Shown here piece by piece: positions 29,267-38,586 of a stretch of DNA of 48,029 nt. The stretch comes from a virus (Duplodnaviria > Heunggongvirae > Uroviricota > Caudoviricetes). Location of the stretch: the IMG/VR virus record IMGVR_UViG_3300018475_001475. The stretch is one strand, 5' to 3'. A program made the translations under genes and the position numbers. A model generated the notes under the pieces. That model made no database searches. It had not been told where the DNA came from and was given only the letters and a program-made list of their open reading frames with translations. Each line of letters opens with the position of its first letter. Positions within the stretch are counted from its first letter, which is position 1.

Positions 29267-29299
29267 AAATAAAACCCAGGGGCCCGTAGGCCACCTGAG
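29267..29299 (-). terminator. Intrinsic terminator with cUACGg tetraloop
   Basis: CTCAGGTGGCC-TACG-GGCCCCTGGG plus TTTTATTTTT. Confidence 0.75.
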
Positions 29300-29303
29300 T
29301 ATG

Positions 29304-29319
29304 ATCACTTTTGTATTGT
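29304..29319 (-). promoter_or_regulatory. Motif variant ACAATACAAAAGTGAT
   Basis: First 11 nt identical to the 16-mer; just upstream of a terminator. Confidence 0.5.
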
Positions 29320-29420
29320 TATCACCAACAATTACCTTGTGTTTTCTATATATCCATATAAGAAAATTTAGAATGAAAAAATTGGAAAGTCAAAAAGTCG
29401 TTGGTATTACTAGCTTTTTT

Positions 29421-29436
29421 ATTAATTTTGTATTGT
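29421..29436 (-). promoter_or_regulatory. ACAATACAAAATTAAT motif (perfect copy)
   Basis: Exact 16-mer in the 240-nt gap before clpP. Confidence 0.65.
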
Positions 29437-29455
29437 TAATTTACAAAACATACCG

Positions 29456-30340
29456 TTACATTTTATTATTTTCTCTATATTTTTGGACTCTTTGCTTAGT
29501 TTTTTCTTTGTTAACGATATGTTGGCATTCTTCGCACCTACATTTTGTTGTATTACGACTATCAATCTGAAATTCTTTTCCGCAATCAATACACCATTTC
29601 GTCTTCATAGCGCCATTAGAATCTTGACAACCCTTACACATATGGCCAAATTTTGTGCTTTTCTTAATTAACTTTCCGCACTTAGAACATCTAACAATTT
29701 TGCTTTGCCCAGTGTGTTTAAGATATGCATATGCCAATTCACAGCAATCTTGCTCGTTTAATTCCAATACTATATCGTCTTCGGTTTGATCCATAAACTT
29801 AACAAATAAGCATTTTGTATCATTTTTAACTGGTAATCCTATTAATCCAAGCTTTAAAAATCCATGTAATATATTTTCTCTATCCTCAACCGGAACAGAC
29901 ACTCTTGCCAACTTAAACAATTCGGTAATATTATAAGAAATTAATCCATTCTCGAAACCATATGATGCCTTCTGAACTTTGGCCATACATAATAGAACAA
30001 ACAATATTTTTTCATATCTTAAATTCTTTTGAGACGTGATAGTTTCTATTTCTTTTTTTGTTATCTTAACTGACTCAACATTGAAAAATGGCTTCTTTGC
30101 AGACTTCTTAATACAATCAGAGATAATATTTGAATAACCGTGTTCGCTAAAAATATCATGATGTTTCTCTAACCACTTAATAATAGAAGAGTAGCTATCA
30201 TCACTATTTTTATGCAATACATGATAATTATATCTAGCAATTAAGTCAATTTTTTGTTTGATACTCTTGACATCATCTCTTTGGCCTGTCAAAACATCCT
30301 TCGCATACTTTTCTTCATTCAGAATCATCATCATTTTCAC
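29456..30340 (-). CDS. RNAP-adjacent protein with wHTH-like segment and two C-terminal Zn ribbons
   Basis: YNITELFKLARV..LHGFLKLGLI; CSKC..CKGC and CIDC..CEEC; basic tail; start overlaps the RNAP stop. Confidence 0.7.
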   Translation of the reverse strand: MKMMMILNEEKYAKDVLTGQRDDVKSIKQKIDLIARYNYHVLHKNSDDSYSSIIKWLEKHHDIFSEHGYSNIISDCIKKSAKKPFFNVESVKITKKEIETITSQKNLRYEKILFVLLCMAKVQKASYGFENGLISYNITELFKLARVSVPVEDRENILHGFLKLGLIGLPVKNDTKCLFVKFMDQTEDDIVLELNEQDCCELAYAYLKHTGQSKIVRCSKCGKLIKKSTKFGHMCKGCQDSNGAMKTKWCIDCGKEFQIDSRNTTKCRCEECQHIVNKEKTKQRVQKYRENNKM

Positions 30341-33083
30341 CTCCGATTATTTTTGTATGCAGCGAAAATCTCTCACCGCAGAATTCAAAATCTCCGTTTT
30401 CATCTTTAACTGGGAAGCTTATAATATTATTATTGTTCTTAAGAACATTTTTAAACAGTTGTTCACCAGCAACATCCCATGCAAAAGTCTTATTTTTGCT
30501 TGAACTATAGCATAAATCTACAACTATGTTAGATAACACATCTAAACTTGGACAAATCTTATGACATTCTTCCATAAAAGTTTGTTTTAATTGATCCACG
30601 GCCAGTCCAACATTCTCATCAGATTCCTCATTTTTACGCTGTTTTCTTAAAATAAGTTGCATGTTTGTGTTATATTCTTCATACAAAACTCTTATAGCAT
30701 TAAACTCTTCATCGGTATATTCTGAGTCATTTTTTAATATATTTTTGTCAAAATACACATCAGGAAGCACATCTGTTGACTGGAAAATGCCCTCAATTTT
30801 CCAACAAATTCTATTCATAACACCTGGAGCAACACTAATTGGAAGATATTTTTCATAATTATCTAGAAAAATTTGTTCTTCTTGCGTTAAATTTTCACTA
30901 TTTTGCAACTCATATAGCGATTTTCCGAACCTAATTTTGCAATTTGACCCAACAGATTTATTGTATTGATCATATTTCGACTTAATGTGAGAATATCTAT
31001 AAATAAAGAAATATGGCTTCAAATCAGCAGCAACTCTCTTAAAAAGCATCATTTTTTCTCTTTTTTCTTCGCTATCAGAGTCTTTTATCTTACAAGAACG
31101 TGGATCAATCCATGTTTTAGGTATTGGACGAGCCACAATGCCCTTAATCCTATCAATTGCGTTTTGCTGATAGTTCATCATTGTATCAATTCTATAGCTT
31201 AAAAGCTTATATTCTTCACTATCTTTATCAAATTTTTCTCTCAGGGAAATCATATTCGTAGCTCTATTAGTAATACTTCCAATTGAATCTCCAAAACCGT
31301 TAATTTCAGATGCTACGAAGTCTTCCTCTGTGGGAATCTTCTTAACGGTATTACTTTGCACACACATTAATGTCTCTTTATATTTAAAAGCATCCAATAA
31401 TACCTTATTATTTGTAGAGAAGCAGCTATCAGAATCATAATCAGCACCATTCAATCTAATAGCAGTAGTGTCCCAACTATTAAGAAAACAACAAGTATGA
31501 ATATGTCTATACCACTTTTTCATCTCATCACTTGCTACAACACGCATTTTGCATACATTATTATGAGATGTCATAGGGGCTCTAAACATTACAATCTCAT
31601 CAACACCATTATCAGTCCAATATTGATGATAACATTCACCCTCTTTAAGTAAACCTGTAATTGGCATACCAAACATATTCTGTAGAAGAGAGTATGGGTC
31701 GTTTCCAATGATTGCATAGTCACCTTCAACATCTAAAACACCAATTTTTGCCGTTTTTATACGTTTTTGAATCATTCTTTGCACTTTTGAGCGCACATAA
31801 GGGTCGTCTACTAACCCTGGATTTGCCATAATTGCCTTGCACATTGGATCCATATAGTCAACTGTTCGCTCATCTAAACCTTGTCCACACATATATAAAA
31901 TCAATTTTCTCCAATCTAAACCAAGACAATCCTTAATTTTTTTAACAGTAGGAGAGATTAATTGATCAATTTGTTCGTCATTTAACTCAAAATCCTGCAA
32001 ATATTGATAATTTGTAGTATGAACATTTCTTAATTTATGAGGAGTGCTTTTTGCTACAGCAAATTCATAGCCGTGTTTCATACAATTTTCATAATATTCC
32101 TCATAACTAGAATAAGAGTCCCATAATTTTAACATTGATACTGTAATAATGGCATCAGCATCTCTAACATCTCTTTCAGTACCCCATGCGTCAATAATTT
32201 TATATGTATGAGCGACTTCTTCTGCAAATTCTTGAAATGGAATAGTAAATAACATACCTTTTAAGAAACTACATCTTGTATTCACACCAGATAATGGCTC
32301 ATCACCCTCATTTAATTCTTGCGCCCACTTGGCACTCATCTCTGGAGTAACAAACCCCATACCATCTGAAACATTATATTCAATATTATAATCAGCTATA
32401 GGCTTCACAATTGGCTCTTCAAGACTAGGATCAGAGTCGTCAACAAGTAACACATCACTCTTAAAGTGAGTAATTGCATCATTAACGACTATTATTCTTG
32501 GCCAAGAAACACCTATACTTGCAGAACAAGCCAATGCATAATATGCGTTTAACTTAGCTGGTACAAATTTTTTTTCTAAATTTCTGCCGTTATTTAAACG
32601 AGTCATTAATTCTTCATGGATTTCTTCATTTACAAAAATAATTGTGCTTTTCTTAATAGATCCTGCTGTTCCAAGTAATCTTTTATATTTAACGGTTCTA
32701 CCATCAACCGTGACAGTAAAACCTTGCAAAGCTCTTCTATAGTCCTTATTAGAATCCATTACAAGCATTAAATAATCCTGTTGAAATTGTGTTTTATATA
32801 GTTTATTATACAACTCACGTATTTTACTTTTATTTTCTACTGAATTATCTTGTTTTTTAATCTGTTTGATCTCTTTCTTGATATTAGTGGCAATCATATC
32901 GTCATTTTGCCGTCCCTGAATTTGCGTCATCCATCTTAAAACCTGAGACGATCCAAGACTTACTACCATTTGAGATTCTTTTCGTACTTTATTTAATTCC
33001 AAATGTAAATCCCAATTATGTTTAGATAAATACCCTGTATTTATTTTTAACACAAAAGTTTGATTTTTTTGTGACTTTGCCAC
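30315..33083 (-). CDS. yonO: YonO-type single-subunit (RdRP-like, double-psi barrel) DNA-dependent RNA polymerase
   Basis: VSDGMG, FLKGML, FRAP, catalytic NGADYDSD, IGSITN..YQQNAIDRIKG..PYFF motifs; SPbeta-like synteny. Confidence 0.88.
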   Translation of the reverse strand: MAKSQKNQTFVLKINTGYLSKHNWDLHLELNKVRKESQMVVSLGSSQVLRWMTQIQGRQNDDMIATNIKKEIKQIKKQDNSVENKSKIRELYNKLYKTQFQQDYLMLVMDSNKDYRRALQGFTVTVDGRTVKYKRLLGTAGSIKKSTIIFVNEEIHEELMTRLNNGRNLEKKFVPAKLNAYYALACSASIGVSWPRIIVVNDAITHFKSDVLLVDDSDPSLEEPIVKPIADYNIEYNVSDGMGFVTPEMSAKWAQELNEGDEPLSGVNTRCSFLKGMLFTIPFQEFAEEVAHTYKIIDAWGTERDVRDADAIITVSMLKLWDSYSSYEEYYENCMKHGYEFAVAKSTPHKLRNVHTTNYQYLQDFELNDEQIDQLISPTVKKIKDCLGLDWRKLILYMCGQGLDERTVDYMDPMCKAIMANPGLVDDPYVRSKVQRMIQKRIKTAKIGVLDVEGDYAIIGNDPYSLLQNMFGMPITGLLKEGECYHQYWTDNGVDEIVMFRAPMTSHNNVCKMRVVASDEMKKWYRHIHTCCFLNSWDTTAIRLNGADYDSDSCFSTNNKVLLDAFKYKETLMCVQSNTVKKIPTEEDFVASEINGFGDSIGSITNRATNMISLREKFDKDSEEYKLLSYRIDTMMNYQQNAIDRIKGIVARPIPKTWIDPRSCKIKDSDSEEKREKMMLFKRVAADLKPYFFIYRYSHIKSKYDQYNKSVGSNCKIRFGKSLYELQNSENLTQEEQIFLDNYEKYLPISVAPGVMNRICWKIEGIFQSTDVLPDVYFDKNILKNDSEYTDEEFNAIRVLYEEYNTNMQLILRKQRKNEESDENVGLAVDQLKQTFMEECHKICPSLDVLSNIVVDLCYSSSKNKTFAWDVAGEQLFKNVLKNNNNIISFPVKDENGDFEFCGERFSLHTKIIGGENDDDSE

Positions 33084-33097
33084 ACAACCACCACCTC

Positions 33098-33113
33098 ATT
33101 CATTTTGTATTGT
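33098..33113 (-). promoter_or_regulatory. Motif variant ACAATACAAAATGAAT directly before the RNAP SD
   Basis: 15/16 match, followed immediately by GAGGTGG. Confidence 0.55.
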
Positions 33114-33253
33114 CACTTTTTCTCAGGCTTATAAACCTTACCATTCTGATAAAACTTATTCATATCCTTCATAATTTCATCAGGATAAAGACAGCTCTCG
33201 TCCTTACATACGCATACAACCACGCCATCCAGACGCACTTCAATTTCATCCAT
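33113..33253 (-). CDS. Small protein, 46 aa (not in ORF track)
   Basis: MDEIEVRLDGVVVCVCKDESCLYPDEIMKDMNKFYQNGKVYKPEKK; fills the gap exactly. Confidence 0.65.
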   Translation of the reverse strand: MDEIEVRLDGVVVCVCKDESCLYPDEIMKDMNKFYQNGKVYKPEKK

Positions 33254-33254
33254 A

Positions 33255-33458
33255 TTAATCATAGCACTCACATACATCAAGATCGACATGTCTTCGTGTT
33301 GTCTGTAGTCTATCTAACTCTGCGTTAAGCCGCCCAGCCTCATAGATTGCATCTTTGATATACTTAATGCAAAGATTAAGAGACGGATCATTCCGCTCTT
33401 TAAGTTCCCACTTAGCGACATTTAGGTGTTGTAGCAGTCTTTCATATGCAGTAGACAT
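33255..33458 (-). CDS. Hypothetical protein
   Basis: AAGGAG SD; tight packing. Confidence 0.65.
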   Translation of the reverse strand: MSTAYERLLQHLNVAKWELKERNDPSLNLCIKYIKDAIYEAGRLNAELDRLQTTRRHVDLDVCECYD

Positions 33459-33469
33459 AAAATACTCCT

Positions 33470-34939
33470 TTATTTATCAAATATAGTTCCAGAACACATA
33501 GAATCGTATCCGGTTGCGCTTTCTAGATTCCACGTATCCATTCCGATGACTTCCGTTAAATTGCCACAACCCATAAACATTTCGGTCACTGCGACATTAT
33601 TAGTCATATCAAATCCAGACATATTAATCTTTGTTAACGCATAACAGTTTTTAAACATTCTTGCAGTATTGTCTGGTGACGAAATCCAAGATCCAATATT
33701 AATTTCTTGCAGGGCATAACAACAATGGAATGTTTCAGAGAACGCATAATCACTGGCGCTTGACACATCCAAGGTTTCTAAACCAACAATACTATGTAAG
33801 TTTACGCACGCCTCAAACATCTGACTAAATTGTATGCATCCAGCAGTATCTAAACCAGACACATCCACGATAGTCAGCGATCTACAATCATTTAAAAATG
33901 CATTAAACGAACATGCCGATAGCGTTTCCCATCTAGAAAAGTCAATACTTTGCAAACTAAAACAATCTGCAAACATATGAGAGAACGAGCCTACATTAGA
34001 CACGTTCCAATTTTCAACAGAAATATGTGTCATTGCGCCACATCCATAAAACATATAACTCATGTTGAACGCTGATGATGTATCCCATCTGCCAATATCA
34101 AGATACTGTAATTTCATATCCCCAGCGTTATCGTGACCTTGGAACATTCCAGTAAAATCATGTACATTTGATACGTTCCACGATCCAATATTCAAAGATG
34201 TAATGTTCGTACAGTGAGCAAAAAGCATCTTCATTTCATACGCAGAACCAGTATTCCAAGATCCTATCCCTTGTAACGAATCAAATTTACCACCATAAAA
34301 CATATAAGACATATTTGCAGCGGCAGACATATCGATCATATCCAGACCGTTTATAGAAACGAGACTAGACCATAATGCGTCACCATAGTTATTTTTAGCA
34401 GCAAACATATATCTACAATTTGAGTTTGCATAAATATAATCACCAACAATTATTACGTCTGTTCCAATTCTATATCCTACAATGCCATCTGTGTTGGCTA
34501 CATTGGCGATCCAAAACTCGTCATATGCGCTAGGGGCAATTTTTGAAAATGTAATTGTCTGAATTTCAGACATTGCCATTGATCCATTGTAAAAATCATA
34601 TGAGCTCTTTAATGTATAAACACCTTCTGAAATCAGTTCCGAAAGAGTCTTTTCTGGTTCTGTGGTTGGTGGCTCGGTGTATTCCGGCTCAGTCTCAGAC
34701 GGTTCTGTTGGGATTACAGTAGGTTCAACCGTAAACATAGGCTCTGTCTCAAGTCGTGGAAAGGTGGTTTCTATTGGTACTGTTTCATTTATCGTTGGGG
34801 AAATCGCTTCACAACTTTCTTTAGTTGATTCGGTTACTACTGCAGACTCTTGTGCATTAGTTGTACCAACAGGCATGTTTTCCGTCATGCATCCACAAAG
34901 CAACAATATACATAGCGACACCATAATAATGTTCTTCAT
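33470..34939 (-). CDS. DUF285/BspA-like LRR lipoprotein
   Basis: Lipobox LLLCG-C17; TEP-rich linker; LRR units WNVSNV..MFxxC. Confidence 0.85.
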   Translation of the reverse strand: MKNIIMVSLCILLLCGCMTENMPVGTTNAQESAVVTESTKESCEAISPTINETVPIETTFPRLETEPMFTVEPTVIPTEPSETEPEYTEPPTTEPEKTLSELISEGVYTLKSSYDFYNGSMAMSEIQTITFSKIAPSAYDEFWIANVANTDGIVGYRIGTDVIIVGDYIYANSNCRYMFAAKNNYGDALWSSLVSINGLDMIDMSAAANMSYMFYGGKFDSLQGIGSWNTGSAYEMKMLFAHCTNITSLNIGSWNVSNVHDFTGMFQGHDNAGDMKLQYLDIGRWDTSSAFNMSYMFYGCGAMTHISVENWNVSNVGSFSHMFADCFSLQSIDFSRWETLSACSFNAFLNDCRSLTIVDVSGLDTAGCIQFSQMFEACVNLHSIVGLETLDVSSASDYAFSETFHCCYALQEINIGSWISSPDNTARMFKNCYALTKINMSGFDMTNNVAVTEMFMGCGNLTEVIGMDTWNLESATGYDSMCSGTIFDK

Positions 34940-34942
34940 ATT

Positions 34943-35200
34943 TTATTCACCAGCCTCTTCCATCAAACTCAAACAGCCTTGCAAAAACTTTTTCATACGT
35001 TCTTCATCTTGACAATAAACGCCCGAATAATAAATAGGCTTGGCCCAAAACGCTCTCCAAGCTCTTTTGAATCTACCCTTGATACCCATATAATCACCGC
35101 CACAATAAGCGTCTTCAAAAGTAAGCTCGTAGTTAGTATCATTATAGTCCCAATCATGTCTGATAAATGTGACAATTTCTGCTTGACAATCACAACGCAT
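34943..35200 (-). CDS. Hypothetical protein (start MRCDC)
   Basis: AAGGA SD; CDC..RFKRAWRAF motif. Confidence 0.65.
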   Translation of the reverse strand: MRCDCQAEIVTFIRHDWDYNDTNYELTFEDAYCGGDYMGIKGRFKRAWRAFWAKPIYYSGVYCQDEERMKKFLQGCLSLMEEAGE

Positions 35201-35213
35201 ATTAATTTCCTTG

Positions 35214-35414
35214 CTAGTCATACTCATCTTCATCATCCTCCACATAGTCATCTATAAATACTAAGCCGTCAAATTCATTGCAACCTTGTATCACGTTCAA
35301 AGCAACAACATAATCTTTTGCGCCAGGTAAACGATACCTGTTTTCGTTTGGAACACAGACAATACAATTGTCATGGAATTGATTTAGTCGTTCCTTAAGT
35401 TCTTTTACTGTCAT
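35214..35414 (-). CDS. Hypothetical protein
   Basis: MTVKELKERL N-terminus common in small phage proteins; GGAGG SD. Confidence 0.7.
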   Translation of the reverse strand: MTVKELKERLNQFHDNCIVCVPNENRYRLPGAKDYVVALNVIQGCNEFDGLVFIDDYVEDDEDEYD

Positions 35415-35935
35415 TCACTTACCTCCATTAATTCTGTATTGTCAATAATATTACCAATAACCTTTATGTCAGAAAAATCCCCATAAGGATCCTGCATCAT
35501 AAAACAAAATGTAGAATATTCAAACTTTTGATATTTACCATTCCAATAATCCCAACCATTAAATTCAATACCGTCAAGCGGCACAGCATCCATCATATTC
35601 ATCTCATTATTCCACCAAATAAGATACCTATCTGACGTGTTTCCGCATTTAAACTCAACAATATCTCTCTCAAAGATTGGCGTTTTATAATTATCGTGCC
35701 ACCCCGTGTAACGACACACTGTACTGGGATCTATTTCATACCATTCCCAATAATCATATTCTGCGGCACCTCTATATCTACAATTAGTACTAATAATAGA
35801 ATGTGTTACGCCGTCGCCATATTCCTCGTTGGCTTTAACATAATACCCATAAATCCATTCACCATTTTGAGATTTGCGCCATGGTGAACTACTTTCCCAT
35901 TTTGCCCTACAAATATGTTTATCCATAAGCATCAC
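35411..35935 (-). CDS. YopX-family protein
   Basis: GEWIYG..IDPSTVCRYTG..IFERDIV..VIGNIIDNTEL. Confidence 0.85.
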   Translation of the reverse strand: MMLMDKHICRAKWESSSPWRKSQNGEWIYGYYVKANEEYGDGVTHSIISTNCRYRGAAEYDYWEWYEIDPSTVCRYTGWHDNYKTPIFERDIVEFKCGNTSDRYLIWWNNEMNMMDAVPLDGIEFNGWDYWNGKYQKFEYSTFCFMMQDPYGDFSDIKVIGNIIDNTELMEVSE

Positions 35936-36288
35936 TCCGCAATCTCAATTGTACATAAATTTTTATGAGCAGGGGAGACCACTGCCTCAAATGAAATATT
36001 TGTAGTCATAGTTTGGTTTCTAACAAAGTTACAAATGACGCTTCCTCCCAAGCCATATACACTATCGGTTTCACTATTAATTTCAATTGACATATCTGGC
36101 TTAAATCTAACAAGCTGAGTAATATAACACGGCTGTCCGTTTAATTCCGTCTTAATCTTTAAATAAAACGGTTCGCGTGCAGTCAAATCCAACGCAGACA
36201 GATCATAATAGCTAGTACCGCAATATGGACACTTGTTTAAATTAATATCATATGGAGCAGCGCAATTTGGGCAATTTCTATTACGCAT
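35932..36288 (-). CDS. Zn-ribbon protein
   Basis: CPNCAAP..KCPYCGT. Confidence 0.75.
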   Translation of the reverse strand: MRNRNCPNCAAPYDINLNKCPYCGTSYYDLSALDLTAREPFYLKIKTELNGQPCYITQLVRFKPDMSIEINSETDSVYGLGGSVICNFVRNQTMTTNISFEAVVSPAHKNLCTIEIAE

Positions 36289-36622
36289 TTATATTCTCCT
36301 TAAACGCTTGCAGATATCTTGTATCAATGCCCATGCTTTCAATAAACTTCTTGCATCGTGGACACTCATAAGGCACAAATGGCCTCTTCACCTTCCATCC
36401 GTCAACATCCACAATTGTACCAACTTCTAAGCCTGGAATCACATTTCCGCATTCACACACTGGTAGCAACATCACCGTTGTTCTCTCCATAAAATTCCTC
36501 CATGTAATATATAATATATTATCAACAAAATTTATTGCATCTTGAATTATCTCTTGGTACACGCCAATTACTAACAACAGTAATAATGCAATTATTACTA
36601 TACAAATTAATTGTTCAAGCAC
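36281..36622 (-). CDS. Hypothetical Zn-ribbon protein; start may be MERTTV at 36490
   Basis: CECG..CPRC; internal GGAGG before MERTTV; N-terminal hydrophobic extension uncertain. Confidence 0.55.
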   Translation of the reverse strand: MLEQLICIVIIALLLLLVIGVYQEIIQDAINFVDNILYITWRNFMERTTVMLLPVCECGNVIPGLEVGTIVDVDGWKVKRPFVPYECPRCKKFIESMGIDTRYLQAFKENINA

Positions 36623-36631
36623 ATAACCGCC

Positions 36632-37045
36632 TCAATCCCACAGGGAATAAAAATGTTTGCTGAATAACTCAAAGAATCTATTTTTCTTTGCGTCCATCAA
36701 ATCATTTACTTTTTTGTAAGACTCAGCAGACCAGTCATCATCAGCAACTCCAAGATATTCTTGCGCAGCATCTTCATTCATAAGGTCAAGACATTCAATC
36801 ATTTCAGTTAAAATATTTTCCCAATCAATTCTTTCATTTTCATCCTCGTGGTTATATAGATCCCACGGAATTCCAATGCCATGATCCCGTAACTGAATTA
36901 ACATTGGTTTAATAGTGTCCATAAACCAGCAATCAATGTCCCACACATCACTGTAAGCATATCCACGTTTAAAGCGCTGACAACGGCGACGGAAATCATA
37001 CCAAAAGTCTTTGATCGCATTCTTAATCATGTAATATAACCACAT
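36632..37045 (-). CDS. Conserved phage hypothetical protein
   Basis: QRFKRGY..DVWDID..WENILTEM..FSKHFYSLWD. Confidence 0.75.
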   Translation of the reverse strand: MWLYYMIKNAIKDFWYDFRRRCQRFKRGYAYSDVWDIDCWFMDTIKPMLIQLRDHGIGIPWDLYNHEDENERIDWENILTEMIECLDLMNEDAAQEYLGVADDDWSAESYKKVNDLMDAKKNRFFELFSKHFYSLWD

Positions 37046-37046
37046 A

Positions 37047-37568
37047 TTACCACCTCTTAAAATATTCGCTCAAATATTCCGTTGGCCATAGAACAATCTC
37101 GTCGTGGTCAATGCCCGTTTTAAAACACTCCATGACCCACTCGTCAAAATTGTTATACATAGCCTCTGCACCGCAGCCGCTTTCACCACGCTTGTCTCTG
37201 ATAAAGCAGCGGCCAACCCACTCAGCTTTGCAGCTATGCTCTGGGTATACAATTGTAAAGTCAACTCCTGCTTCTTCCAAAGCTTCTCTAACAGATGCGT
37301 GGCTACTTACAAAGATACAGTCGTACTTACCAGACTCAATTTTGCATTTAATATGGTCAATATAATTTTGTGGAAAACTCGGATTTCTTTCTTTGGTTTT
37401 TCTAGCGTTCGGACTATGCACGCCACGTTCATCATTTTCTGGACATTCCCAAATCCAACTAAAATAAGAGCTATCAGAATCAAGAATTTTTCAATCGTAA
37501 TCTTCTTGGTGTTCGCACAGATATGTCTTACCACACGCAGGGAAGACACTATAAATTTTTGTATTCAT
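37047..37568 (-). pseudogene. P-loop nucleotide-kinase-like gene with in-frame TGA at codon 26
   Basis: MNTKIYSVFPACGKTYLCEHQEDYD*KILDSDSS..RNPSFPQNYIDHIK..IFVSSHASVREAL; SD before 37568; TGA at 37493-37491. Confidence 0.8.
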
Positions 37569-37594
37569 ATTTTTTACCTCTTAAAACTCTATTT

Positions 37595-37903
37595 TTATTG
37601 CTTTCTCAATTGCTCCATATATTGGTTTATATATGTTTCCATCATATTATCTCTTTCATGAACATAACAAACTTCTATCGTATATATATTTTTCACATCT
37701 GGTACAACTCTTAAGCCATAAACAAAACTATCTTCTTCGTAGCGTCGTCCTAAATATTTTTCACCAGATTCAGACCTTAATAAATCAATAATTGCAAAAC
37801 CCAAGATAATTTTATTAGGTTCTATACCAAACTGATTAATCATATGCTCTCTCTGATTCCAAATAGTCGTCAGAATCTGATTATATATATCCTGTCTAGT
37901 CAT
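37595..37903 (-). CDS. Hypothetical protein
   Basis: SD AAGAGGT; stop lies inside the junction repeat. Confidence 0.7.
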   Translation of the reverse strand: MTRQDIYNQILTTIWNQREHMINQFGIEPNKIILGFAIIDLLRSESGEKYLGRRYEEDSFVYGLRVVPDVKNIYTIEVCYVHERDNMMETYINQYMEQLRKQ

Positions 37904-37928
37904 ACTCTTACCTCTTAAAATTTTATTT

Positions 37929-38111
37929 TTATGCTATTGTATTTAATGTAAAATTCCACATTGCACATACGCCACAAGTAATAAACATAATTGCAGCAAT
38001 TAATTCAACGCTTGCGATAAAGAACCTATCTCTTTTATAATCCATAAAGAATTGACACATCATAGAAGATGATAGCAACATGCTAATAATAAGAATAATA
38101 ATACCTACCAT
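37929..38111 (-). CDS. Small membrane protein, two hydrophobic segments
   Basis: MVGIIILIISMLLS.. and FFIASVELIAAIMFITCGV; bounded by junction repeats. Confidence 0.7.
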   Translation of the reverse strand: MVGIIILIISMLLSSSMMCQFFMDYKRDRFFIASVELIAAIMFITCGVCAMWNFTLNTIA

Positions 38112-38135
38112 AATACACCTCTTAAAAAATTGTTT

Positions 38136-38555
38136 TTAATACCTCATAGGATTCTTCATTGCTGCTCCACAGAAAGGACACCACATGCCAGCATCGTGTC
38201 TATATACACCTCTGTTGCACATAGAACAATGTGGATATTCTCTATTTCCGTTGCCATCTTCAAAGTCATCTATTACCATTATCCAATCAGCAAAAGCAAT
38301 TCCCTCATAAACAGATTCTTTAATATCCTTAAATGGAATAACTCTATAAGCAATTCCACCACCATATCCACAAACCTCTCTCGACAAAATTAAACAACGC
38401 TCGTTTGTTTCAGTGTTAATACCAATAAAATCATCTATCCATGCGTCTTCTCTAAGTTGCTGAACCTTTTTAAATTCGCCAAGATAATCGCCCAATCCAT
38501 TATTACCATATTTAGAACTATCATAAATCATTGAATAAATCTTTACTACTTCCAT
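38136..38555 (-). CDS. Hypothetical protein with C-terminal Zn ribbon
   Basis: CSMC..WCPFCGAAM. Confidence 0.7.
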   Translation of the reverse strand: MEVVKIYSMIYDSSKYGNNGLGDYLGEFKKVQQLREDAWIDDFIGINTETNERCLILSREVCGYGGGIAYRVIPFKDIKESVYEGIAFADWIMVIDDFEDGNGNREYPHCSMCNRGVYRHDAGMWCPFCGAAMKNPMRY

Positions 38556-38586
38556 AATTACCTCTTAAAAGTTTGTTTTTAAATGT

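Noticed and set aside
22437-33083. Inteins or introns in terminase or RNAP
   Set aside because: Both frames are continuous, with no intein terminal motifs or group I core elements seen
37491-37493. Genome-wide stop-codon reassignment (TGA or TAG)
   Set aside because: Coding density is high in the standard code, and TGA/TAG end genes at tight overlaps (13075, 33113, 40104, 41854); only one internal stop was found
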